Shown here in pieces: positions 25,273 to 33,444 of a stretch of 34,151 nt of DNA (its first letter is position 1; the number at the start of each line of letters is the position of its first letter). The translations under genes and the position numbers were made by a program. The stretch comes from Candidatus Krumholzibacteriia bacterium. GTDB lineage: Bacteria; Krumholzibacteriota; Krumholzibacteriia; LZORAL124-64-63. The notes under the pieces were generated by a model that had not been told where the DNA came from, made no database searches, and worked only from the letters and a program-made list of their open reading frames with translations. The stretch is from positions 1 through 34,151 of the forward strand of contig JAWOID010000113.1 in NCBI GenBank assembly GCA_046484865.1. The letters are read 5' to 3'.

Positions 25273-25402
25273 CCGTTGCGAAGCTGGCCGGCCGTCGAGG
25301 GCCGGACCCGTCGCGCTGTCCCGCCGGCGTCAGTGGCCGCGGTCCCAGGCGGCGCGTCCGGATCCTGGACCGTCGCCGTCCGCGGAACGAGGAGAACGAC
25401 CG

Positions 25403-25642
25403 ATGTCCCGTCGCTGCAAGCTGACCGGAAAGGGCCCGCTGGTGGGATACAACATCTCCCACGCCCACAACAAGACGAAGCGTCGCCAGCTGCCGAACCT
25501 GCAGACCAAGAAGATTTTCGTCCCCGAGCTGGGCAGGTCGCTCAAGATCAAGCTGTCCACGCGCGCACTGCGCACGGTGGACGAGGTGGGTCTGATGGCG
25601 TTCCTGCGCAAGAACGGGATGTCCCTACGCGACGTGAGCTAG
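25403..25642 (+). CDS. rpmB: 50S ribosomal protein L28
   Basis: 79 aa; [34 protein letters not shown]… is the canonical L28 N-terminus. Confidence 0.9.
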   Translation: MSRRCKLTGKGPLVGYNISHAHNKTKRRQLPNLQTKKIFVPELGRSLKIKLSTRALRTVDEVGLMAFLRKNGMSLRDVS

Positions 25643-25877
25643 GAATCGGCGGGTCCGCGCTCGAACCGCCGTCCGACCCGGGAAGCCCGGGGCCGGGCGC
25701 GTGGTCGGCGCCAGCATCTCGGCCGTCCGGCCTTCGCCCGGACGGCCTCTTCGTGCCCGGTTCGCGCCGCCGGACCGGCGCTCCGGCGACCTGCCGATTC
25801 TCGCTGGCGCGCTTAACGTGCCCTCCGGAGCCTGGACCCGGGAGGACGGGGCGCGAATCCCAACCGAAGGAGTGATC

Positions 25878-26588
25878 ATGCGATTCTTGACAATGGGCGG
25901 AATCGTGCTGCTGGCCCTGAACCTGGCGGCCTGCGGCAACGACGCTGAGCGAACCGAGGTCACCAGCCTCGACACCGATGCGGCACGCCGTTCCTATGCC
26001 GTGGGAATGGACGTGGGCGGTTCGCTGCAGCGGACCGGGGTCGAGATCGACATGGCCGCTTTCGAGCAGGGCCTGCGAGACGGTTTCGCCGGCCGTGATT
26101 CGCTGCTCACTCGTCAGGAGATCCAGCAGACGCTGCAGGCGTTCCAGACCGAAGCGCGCGACGCCATGACTGCGCGGCAGCAGGAGCAGGCCGGCGCGGC
26201 GGAGGAGGAGGGTCGCGCGTTCCTGGACCAGAACCGCCAGCGCGAGAACGTGCAGGAGACCGAGAGCGGGCTGCAGTACGAGGTCATCGAGGAGGGCGAG
26301 GGTCCGCAGCCGGAACCCACCGACGTGGTCCGCGTGCACTACGAAGGCCGGCTCGTCAGCGGCAAGGTCTTCGACAGCTCCCGCGAGCGTGGCGAGCCCG
26401 CGGAGTTCCAGCTCAACCGGGTGATCCCGGGCTGGACCGAGGGGTTGCAACTCATGCACGTGGGCGGCAGCTACCGCTTCTTCATCCCATCCGAACTCGC
26501 CTACGGCGAGCGCGGGGCCGGGCCCGACATCCCGCCCAACGCCACGCTGATCTTCGACGTGGAACTGCTCGACATCATCGAGCAGTAG
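25878..26588 (+). CDS. FkpA-like FKBP-type peptidyl-prolyl isomerase, periplasmic lipoprotein
   Basis: ATG 25878 (MRFLTMGG…) within track ORF 25701..26588. Signal plus lipobox (LNLAACG). N-terminal helical dimerisation-like region. C-terminal FKBP domain (…[19 protein letters not shown]…[31 protein letters not shown]…). Confidence 0.85.
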   Translation: MRFLTMGGIVLLALNLAACGNDAERTEVTSLDTDAARRSYAVGMDVGGSLQRTGVEIDMAAFEQGLRDGFAGRDSLLTRQEIQQTLQAFQTEARDAMTARQQEQAGAAEEEGRAFLDQNRQRENVQETESGLQYEVIEEGEGPQPEPTDVVRVHYEGRLVSGKVFDSSRERGEPAEFQLNRVIPGWTEGLQLMHVGGSYRFFIPSELAYGERGAGPDIPPNATLIFDVELLDIIEQ

Positions 26589-26609
26589 GGCGGCGCGTGA
26601 CGGATGCGT

Positions 26610-26642
26610 GGGGCGTCCACCTCAGTGGTGGTCGCCCCACAT
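26610..26642. terminator. Imperfect GC hairpin (GGGGCGTCCACC-tcagt-GGTGGTCGCCCC) at convergent gene ends
   Basis: Sits between the fkpA-like stop (26588) and the DUF1684 stop (26622) and overlaps the last codons of the latter. Candidate bidirectional terminator. Confidence 0.3.
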
Positions 26643-27608
26643 CTTCTCGCCGGCGGTCACCGCGACCGGGAGCCGGTTCTCCGGGGGCGGCAGCGGACAG
26701 GTGGCGTACGGGGTGAAGACGCAGGGCGGGTTGGTGGCCCGGTTGAAGTCGAGCACGACCCGTCCTTCTGCGTCCGGCGCCGGCGCGGACAGGAACCGCC
26801 CGCCGGCGTAGGTGGTCTGGCCGCTGGTGGCGTCGGCGAAGACGATGAACAGCGGCTGGCCGGTCTCGCCCACGGGGGTCAGCTCGCAGCGCCGGCCCTC
26901 CAGCTCGAACACCAGGGTTCCGGGCGTGGGTTCACGGTCGACCTGGCCCAGGACGTTCGGCATCTCCACGGAGCGCGGCTCGGCGTCGGGCACGAGTTGC
27001 GCCTCCACCCGCCAGCGGATGTCCACCGGGAATCGCTCCACGCCCTCGAAGCCGCGTCGCACGGAACTCTCGCTGTCACGCACGCGCAGGAACCGGCGTC
27101 CGCCACGATCGATGACGTGGAAGCTGACGCTCCCGGTCCTCACCACCGTGGGTTCGGCGCCGGCATCGCTCGCGAGCGCGGTCACAGCGCCGCCTGCGAG
27201 CGGCATTCCGTTCGCCGTCACCTCCGCCCCGGGTGCGGCGCGCAGCAGCACCTCCTGTTCGTTCACCTCCAGCGTTCCGAGGTCGGCGGGCGCATCCGCA
27301 GGCAGGACGACAGCCGCGTCCGAACGCGATCCCACGGTGTGTTCGCCGGGGCTCAGCTCGTGCAGACCCACGAGGGTGAGCCAGCCGTCGGGCGCCGTGA
27401 GCCGGTCGATGCGTCCAGCGTGCCAGGCGTCCACCTCCGCCGCATAGTCCGCGGAGGTGACCGGCCCGCCGTCGCCGCAGCCGCCGGCGGCAGCCGGTAG
27501 CACGGCAGCCAGGAGCACGGCCGCCGCGACCCGCAGTCGGCGCTCCGGTTGTGCCAGCGAAAATGTGTCCGGGGTCGTCGCGGGCCAGAATGAGCGGAAT
27601 CGGGCCAT
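26622..27608 (-). CDS. DUF1684 family protein, probable lipoprotein
   Basis: Motifs …TTYAGGRFL… and …DFNRATNPPCVFTPYATCPLPP… match DUF1684. Signal with lipobox-like …LPAAAGGC. Start is ambiguous: ATG 27608 (MARFRS…) or ATG 27638 (MKFFGVWIKI…). The upstream part of track ORF 26622..28328 is rejected. Confidence 0.7.
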   Translation of the reverse strand: MARFRSFWPATTPDTFSLAQPERRLRVAAAVLLAAVLPAAAGGCGDGGPVTSADYAAEVDAWHAGRIDRLTAPDGWLTLVGLHELSPGEHTVGSRSDAAVVLPADAPADLGTLEVNEQEVLLRAAPGAEVTANGMPLAGGAVTALASDAGAEPTVVRTGSVSFHVIDRGGRRFLRVRDSESSVRRGFEGVERFPVDIRWRVEAQLVPDAEPRSVEMPNVLGQVDREPTPGTLVFELEGRRCELTPVGETGQPLFIVFADATSGQTTYAGGRFLSAPAPDAEGRVVLDFNRATNPPCVFTPYATCPLPPPENRLPVAVTAGEKMWGDHH

Positions 27609-27744
27609 TATTTTGATCCAGACTCCGAAAAATTTCATCTCCAGTGCTCTCCTGAGGTGCGGTACGGGCCTGGACACAGTTTCCCTGGCAGAACCGATGT
27701 TACCGCGGTTGCATGGGCGCGGCGAGCGGAGATCACGCCCCGCC

Positions 27745-29811
27745 TCAGGCCGGCGCAGCCCCCGGCGCTGCCTCCGGCGCTGCCTCCGGCGCAGCCGTCG
27801 GTCCAGCCGCGGCGCCGGCACGGATCTGCTCCAGGTTCCAGAGCGCGTCGGCCGCAGCCGGCTCGCGGGCGAGCACCGACAGCAGCAGTTCCTCGGCGCT
27901 GGCCGCGTCGCCGGACCGCCAGCGGCAGACCGCCAGATTGCTGGCCGCCCGGCTCCAGCGCGGCCGATGGCGCAAAACGGCGGTGAACAGGCGTTCCGCG
28001 GTGCGCAGGCGCCCGGAAGCGAACAGGGTCTCGCCGGTGTCCAGCCAGTCGTGCAACTCGCCGTCGGCGGCCGGCACCGGCTCCCAGGCGGCCGCATCCA
28101 GGACGGGGACGAAATGCAGCGCCGGGTGGTAGCCGCCGGCAAGGACCGGCGAGTGCGCCATCGCTCCGGGTCCCCGAGCACCGGGCGGCAGTTCCCACAG
28201 GTCGCAGAGTTGACGCCACGCAGCAGCCGTGGCCACGTCCGCTCCCGGCACGGGCGTCGTCGCGGCGGCGGGGGTGGTGACCACTCCCAGGCCGGCCACC
28301 GTCGCGCGCAGGCAGAGGTCGGCCACACCCGCTGCGGCGTCGTCCAGGCCCGGTTGCCACCCGCCGGCGCGGGCCAGGGCGCGGGCGGTCACCAGCAGCA
28401 GGACGGGCGGCAGGATGAGCGCCCGTCCCGGGCCGCCGCCGTTGCTACCGTGGCCCACGATGCCGGTGCTCGGATCGGCCGTCGCCGCCAGCATCGCCGC
28501 GAGCCAGCCGGGCTGCGGACATGTCCGTGCGTCGAGCAGCGCGACGTGCCGGCCGTGCGATCTCGCCAGCGCGGCGTTCACCGCGGCGGCGAGGCCGGTC
28601 GCCGGCGGCGTCGGCGCGACGGCCACCGTTCCGGATCCTGCTCGGGCCAGCCGGGCGCAGTCCTCGCGAGCGGCTGCCGTGTCGTCGCGGGGCACCACCA
28701 GCCACTGCGCCGCGGCACCGGCCGCGCGCGGATCCGGGAGCGAGACCTGTGCGCCGGGCGACCCCGCCAGCACGATCACCGTGGCGGCCGGTCCGGCCAC
28801 CGCGTCCACCGCTGCCGGTGCCGCCGCTGCCGTCGCCGTTGCCGTCGCAGCTGCCGGTGCCGCCGCAGCTGCCGGTGCCGTCGCAGCTGCCGTCGCCGCT
28901 GCCATCGCCGTTGCCGCCGCGGTCGATCCCGCCGCCGCCGGCGGCTGCTCGCGCCGGCGCCAGCGGGGCGGGACGTAGGGCGCGGGAGTGCTTGCGTCCG
29001 GGTGCGATTCGGCCACCTGCTCCGGCGTCTCGACGAAGTCCGGCACGACCCGGCCGCGCCAGCGCCGGTCGAGCAGCGCCATGTTCTCGCGCACCCGCGA
29101 CCAGCGCTGGGTCCCGCTCTGCGACTCGTAGTGGATCACCACGCTCTCGGGCCGGTAGACGGTGCCGTATCCGGCCGCGGCGATCCTGAAGCAGAGATCC
29201 ACGTCCTCGTTGCCGTTCCAGAAGCTCTCGTCGAAGCCGTCGAGCCGCCGGAAGAGCTCCGCCCGCACCAGCAGGCACGCACCGGTCACCGCCTGCAACC
29301 GCAGCGGCCGGCTGGCGCCGGGGAAGTCGGCCGGTTTGCGGTAGCTCAGATGGCGCCCGCCGAGGAGGTGGCCGGCACCCGTCCACTGGTCGATGACGGC
29401 GACTCCGGCGTGCTGGATGGTGCCGTCGGGAAACAGCAGCCGTGCTCCGACTGCCCCGATCTCGGGATCGTCGTCCAGGGTGACGATCAGCGGGGTCAGC
29501 CAGCCGGGCGTCACCTCCATGTCGTTGTTCAGGAACAGGAGGTGGCGGCCGCGACCGGCGGCGGCGCCCTGGTTGCATCCCCGGGCGAAGCCGCCGTTGG
29601 CGGGATTGCTCACGACACGCAGACGACCGCGGGCGGTCTCCTCCCTCAGGTACTCGGCGGTTCCGTCGCTCGAGCCGTTGTCCACCACGACGATCTCGAA
29701 ACGGCCCGGTGGCGTGTGCCGGTGGATCGATGCCACGCAGGCCCGCGTCAGTTCGAGCCGGTCGAACACGGGGATCACGATGGAGACGTCGAGATGCGGA
29801 TCGGTGGACAT
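27745..29811 (-). CDS. Multidomain family-2 glycosyltransferase (GT2 domain + Ala/Thr-rich linker + second GT-like domain + C-terminal TPR-like region)
   Basis: ATG at 29811 (MSTDPHLDVSIVIPVFDRLELT…). GT-A motifs VVVDNGSSDGT, NNDMEV and the DxD-like FDES. Low-complexity AAATAMAAATAAATAPAAAAAPAAATATATAAAAPAA segment. A second region, HVALLDARTCPQPGWL…, follows. The C-terminus ends with APEAAPEAAPGAAPA. The 5' part of track ORF 27745..31764 beyond 29811 is rejected. Confidence 0.75.
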   Translation of the reverse strand: MSTDPHLDVSIVIPVFDRLELTRACVASIHRHTPPGRFEIVVVDNGSSDGTAEYLREETARGRLRVVSNPANGGFARGCNQGAAAGRGRHLLFLNNDMEVTPGWLTPLIVTLDDDPEIGAVGARLLFPDGTIQHAGVAVIDQWTGAGHLLGGRHLSYRKPADFPGASRPLRLQAVTGACLLVRAELFRRLDGFDESFWNGNEDVDLCFRIAAAGYGTVYRPESVVIHYESQSGTQRWSRVRENMALLDRRWRGRVVPDFVETPEQVAESHPDASTPAPYVPPRWRRREQPPAAAGSTAAATAMAAATAAATAPAAAAAPAAATATATAAAAPAAVDAVAGPAATVIVLAGSPGAQVSLPDPRAAGAAAQWLVVPRDDTAAAREDCARLARAGSGTVAVAPTPPATGLAAAVNAALARSHGRHVALLDARTCPQPGWLAAMLAATADPSTGIVGHGSNGGGPGRALILPPVLLLVTARALARAGGWQPGLDDAAAGVADLCLRATVAGLGVVTTPAAATTPVPGADVATAAAWRQLCDLWELPPGARGPGAMAHSPVLAGGYHPALHFVPVLDAAAWEPVPAADGELHDWLDTGETLFASGRLRTAERLFTAVLRHRPRWSRAASNLAVCRWRSGDAASAEELLLSVLAREPAAADALWNLEQIRAGAAAGPTAAPEAAPEAAPGAAPA
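28808..28925. repeat. Imperfect tandem GC-rich repeats (GCYGCYGCCGTCGCC-like) encoding the Ala/Thr-rich linker of the GT2 protein
   Basis: Reiterated GCCG(C/T)(C/T)GCCGTCGC and GCAGCTGCCGGTGCC units seen directly in the sequence. Lies inside CDS 27745..29811. Confidence 0.6.
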
Positions 29812-30144
29812 ACGCGTGACCTCGGGTCGGGGGATGGGCGATGCCGACCATCCGCTTGCAAGCCGCCGACCAGCCGCGGACCTCCGGACGAGCGAACGTG
29901 AAGGCCGTAACCGAATGCCAGGATAGGGATTCCGGAGCTCGATGACCCCAGACGGCCGTGACGACCACCGGCGGGCGCCGGCGCCGGCGGATTCAAATCG
30001 GCCGCCGCCGGACGGGGCTCGACCAGCCCTTCCCGGGCGTCGCCCGCGGTCCTGACCGATCGTGATTACCTTCCCAGGTGCGGGTCGTACCGGCGGCGAG
30101 AGGCCGCGTCCGGCAAACGTTTCGACGGGATCGGAGGGTCCGCG

Positions 30145-31275
30145 ATGGTGATCGGTATCCGTCTGCTGCTCGCGTTGATCGGCGCGGGTCTCGTCGGCAT
30201 CGTCGCTCCGGCGCCGGCGCCGGGCCGAGTGGCGGCGCCGGTTGCGGCGTCGGTCGCGGCGGGTCCCGGGCGCTGCCTGGCCGAGGGCTGGAACCTGGTA
30301 CAGGAGGCCACCAGCGACCGCCAGTGGACCGGCATCGCCGTGGCCGGCGACGGCCGCGTGTTCGTCTGCTTTCCGCGCTGGTCGCCGGACGTCCCGGTGA
30401 GCGTGGCTCTCCTCACCCGGGGCGAGCCGGTGCCGTACCCCGACCGGGAGTGGAACTGCTGGAACGCCGGCGACGAGGCCGATCTCGATCCGTCGCGTCG
30501 TTTCGTCTGCGTGCAGAGCGTGCACGTCGACGCCCGCGATCGCCTGTGGATCCTCGATCCCGCCAGTCCGATGTTCCAGGGCGTGGTGCCGGGAGGCGCC
30601 AAGCTGCTGGAGGTGGACCTCGCCGCCGACCGCGTCGTGCGCACGATCGTCTTCCCGCCGCACATCGCGCCGCCCGCGAGCTATCTCAACGACGTGCGTG
30701 TGGATGTCGCGACCGAGACGGCGTACCTGACGGACTCCGGCGAGGGAGCTCTCGTGATCGTGGATCTCGCGAGCGGCGCGATGACCCGCCGGCTCGCCGG
30801 GCACCCGGCGACCCGGGCCGACGGCATCGAGGTGGTCGTCGATGGACGTCGCTTCGACCGGCCCGTGCACGCCGACGGCATCGCCCTGGACGCCGTCGGC
30901 GGCTGGCTCTACTTCCAGCCGTTGACCTCCCGCACGCTGCGGCGGCTGCCGCTGGTGGCACTGCGGGACACCGGCCTCGATGACGAGGCGCTGGCCGCCC
31001 GCATCACCGAGGTGGCCGACAGCGGCGTGGCGGACGGTCTGCTGTACGCCTACGGTGGCGTGCTGTTGTCGGCGCTCGAGGCGGGCGAGGTGCGCCACGT
31101 CTCGCCCGGCGGTTACATGGTGACCCTGGTGCGGGATCCCCGCGTGTCGTGGCCCGACAGCTTCGCCCTGGGGCCGGATGGCAGCGTCTGGTTCACCACC
31201 TCGCAGATCCACCTCGGACGCAAGCCGGTGACCCCCTACCGGGTGCTGCGGCTGATACCCGCGAGCGCCCGCTGA
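30145..31275 (+). CDS. Major royal jelly protein / yellow family (MRJP) secreted beta-propeller protein
   Basis: GGAGGG RBS. Signal peptide (MVIGIRLLLALIGAGLVGIVAPAPA). MRJP/yellow-like motifs (…ETAYLTDSGEGALVIVDL…, …DGIALD…, …PDSFALGPDGSVWFTTSQ…). Confidence 0.75.
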   Translation: MVIGIRLLLALIGAGLVGIVAPAPAPGRVAAPVAASVAAGPGRCLAEGWNLVQEATSDRQWTGIAVAGDGRVFVCFPRWSPDVPVSVALLTRGEPVPYPDREWNCWNAGDEADLDPSRRFVCVQSVHVDARDRLWILDPASPMFQGVVPGGAKLLEVDLAADRVVRTIVFPPHIAPPASYLNDVRVDVATETAYLTDSGEGALVIVDLASGAMTRRLAGHPATRADGIEVVVDGRRFDRPVHADGIALDAVGGWLYFQPLTSRTLRRLPLVALRDTGLDDEALAARITEVADSGVADGLLYAYGGVLLSALEAGEVRHVSPGGYMVTLVRDPRVSWPDSFALGPDGSVWFTTSQIHLGRKPVTPYRVLRLIPASAR

Positions 31276-31498
31276 TCCGCGAGCACGCACCGCGGGCCCG
31301 TCCGGGTGCCCGCTGATCCGCGCCGGTGCGCCGGCCGGCCCTGCGTTCGGGCCCGGGTTTCGACTCCGGCTCCGCGCGATCGGGCGATGCTGGTGTCCGG
31401 ACGGGGTCCGGTGGTATGGTGTCGTCTCAGGGGATACCCGCGCGAGTGCTGCCCGCGATGGCGCCGGCGCAGTCTGACGGCGAGCAAAGGATGGGGCC

Positions 31499-31843
31499 AT
31501 GAGGTACAAGTACGAGTCACAGGGGGGCGATCTGGTCGTCCTGACCCTCTCCGGCAAGGTGATGGGTGGGCCCGATTTCGAGAAGTTCCACGCGGACGTC
31601 AAGAACCTGGTGGAGGAGGGACATCGCCGCTTCCTGCTCGACTTCTCCAAGGTGGACTGGATCAACTCCACCGGTATCGGCATCATGGTGTCGGCCTTCC
31701 ACTCGATCAAGGCCGCCGAGGGGCGGATGGTGATCTGCGGGGCCAACAAGCGGGTGCGCGGCATCTATTACGTCTCCAAGCTGGACCAGATCTTCGAGAC
31801 CTTCGACAGCTGCGACGAGGCGATGCGGGCCTTGCAAGCGTGA
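31499..31843 (+). CDS. STAS-domain protein (anti-sigma-factor antagonist, SpoIIAA-like)
   Basis: 114 aa. STAS fold signature (…LVVLTLSGKVMGGPDFEKF…LLDFSKVDWINSTGIGIMV…). Confidence 0.8.
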   Translation: MRYKYESQGGDLVVLTLSGKVMGGPDFEKFHADVKNLVEEGHRRFLLDFSKVDWINSTGIGIMVSAFHSIKAAEGRMVICGANKRVRGIYYVSKLDQIFETFDSCDEAMRALQA

Positions 31844-32610
31844 GTCGCGAACGCCCCGGCCTGCTCGCTCACGCCGACCGGGCGGTGCGCGCCCTGCGAC
31901 GATGTCGCGAGCGTACCGCCCGGCTCTCGTTCGGCGAACCGGTGACCCACGTCTACCGGCCGCTGGAGTATGCGTGGGCGCCGCACGAGGAGTACCTGCG
32001 GCGCTTCGGCGCCGGTCCGCGGCGGGTTCTCTTCATGGGCATGAATCCCGGCCCGCACGGCATGGCCCAGACCGGGGTGCCGTTCGGCGAGGTGGCGGCG
32101 GTCCGGGACTGGTTGGGGATCGCATGCGAGGTGGGGCGCCCGCGGCACGAGCATCCTCGCCGGCCCGTGCTGGGCTTCGGCTGCGAACGCTCCGAGGTGA
32201 GCGGTCGTCGTCTGTGGGGGCTGTTCGCCGATCGCTTCGGCTCCGCGGAACGCTTCTTCGCCGACCATCTGGTGGTGAACTACTGCCCTTTGCTGTTCCT
32301 CGAGGAGTCGGGACGCAACCGCACGCCCGACCGCCTGCCGGCGGTCGAGTCGGACCCGCTGCTGGCGGCATGCGACGCGTTGCTGGCGGATCTGGTGGCC
32401 ATCTACCGGCCGCAGTGGGTGGTGGGGATCGGCGCCTACGCCGGGCGACGCGTCCGGGCCGTGGTTGACGACCGGTCGGTCGAGTGCGCGCAGATCCTGC
32501 ACCCGAGCCCGGCCAGCCCCGCCGCCAATCGCAACTGGAGCGCCGCGGTCACCGCGCAGCTCGAGAGCATCGGCGCGTGGGATCGTCGCGACCGCCACGC
32601 GGTGGGGTGA
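31840..32610 (+). CDS. SMUG1-like single-strand-selective monofunctional uracil-DNA glycosylase (UDG superfamily)
   Basis: GTG 31840 overlaps the STAS stop (GTGA). GMNPGPHGMAQTGVPFG matches the SMUG1 motif-1 region, and HPSPASPAANRNW matches the SMUG1 motif-2 region. Lies within track ORF 31306..32610. Confidence 0.8.
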   Translation: MSRERPGLLAHADRAVRALRRCRERTARLSFGEPVTHVYRPLEYAWAPHEEYLRRFGAGPRRVLFMGMNPGPHGMAQTGVPFGEVAAVRDWLGIACEVGRPRHEHPRRPVLGFGCERSEVSGRRLWGLFADRFGSAERFFADHLVVNYCPLLFLEESGRNRTPDRLPAVESDPLLAACDALLADLVAIYRPQWVVGIGAYAGRRVRAVVDDRSVECAQILHPSPASPAANRNWSAAVTAQLESIGAWDRRDRHAVG

Positions 32611-32625
32611 AGGAGCGTCGGCGAC

Positions 32626-33444
32626 ATGGTCCGTCCCGCCTTCCTCGATTTCGTCACCGGCCTGGTCCGCATCATCGCGGCCCGGCCCCGCGTCGCGCGA
32701 CCGCTGGCCGGCAACCCGGTGCTGGCGGCCGTGCTGGGACGTCGCAGCGTGCGCGCGTTCCGCTCGCGGGAGCTGCAGCCGGACGTCTGGGAAGCCATTC
32801 TCGAGGCCGGGCGCCTCGCCCCGTCCACGGTCAACCTGCAGACCTGGTCCTTCGTGGAGTTCACGGCGGACACGTGGCGCACCACCTTCGGCCGGCCGCT
32901 GCCCTTCGGCGCGGCGCGCGCGGTGATGGTGCTGGCCGACGTCCATCGCGCGCGGCGGGCGGTGGAGGGCTTCCCGTACTCGCCGCTGTGCGAGTACACG
33001 GTCGGGGTGATGAACGCATCCCTGGCCGCCATGGCGATGACCATCGCCGGCGAGGGGCTGGGCGTGGCCTCGGTGATGCTCTCGGAGACGGGTCGCACCG
33101 GCTTCTACGACGCCGGCGATCTGGCTGGCCGGCTGGAGCTGCCGCCGGGCGTGGTGCCCATCATGAGCATCGCCTTCGGCTACCCGCGTCACGCGCCCCC
33201 ACCGATGCCGCCACGCCTGCCGCGGACGGCGGTGGCGTTTCCGCCCCCCTATCGTGAGACCGAGCAGGACGTCCTGGACGCCTGGATGCAACAGATGCAG
33301 GCGGGCTACTCCGCCAGCAATCCGGGGCGGCGTTTCCGCAGTCAGATCTTGCACTACAATCGACGCATCGGGCAGGCCGAGCGCGATCTGCGACGGCTGG
33401 TCTTCTACGCGGGCGAACCGCACGACGAGAGGGAGGAGTCATGA
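32626..33444 (+). CDS. Nitroreductase family protein
   Basis: RRSVRAF motif and …APSTVNLQTWSFVEF… are typical of the nitroreductase fold. 272 aa with a Pro-rich C-terminal tail. Confidence 0.8.
   Translation: MVRPAFLDFVTGLVRIIAARPRVARPLAGNPVLAAVLGRRSVRAFRSRELQPDVWEAILEAGRLAPSTVNLQTWSFVEFTADTWRTTFGRPLPFGAARAVMVLADVHRARRAVEGFPYSPLCEYTVGVMNASLAAMAMTIAGEGLGVASVMLSETGRTGFYDAGDLAGRLELPPGVVPIMSIAFGYPRHAPPPMPPRLPRTAVAFPPPYRETEQDVLDAWMQQMQAGYSASNPGRRFRSQILHYNRRIGQAERDLRRLVFYAGEPHDEREES

Noticed and set aside
29812-31764. 5' continuation of the 27745..31764 minus-strand ORF beyond the GT2 start
   Set aside because: Upstream translation (…IELRNPYPGIRLRPSRSLVRRSAAGRR…) has no domain content. It overlaps the well-supported MRJP/yellow gene on the plus strand. 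The GT2 domain begins exactly at ATG 29811.
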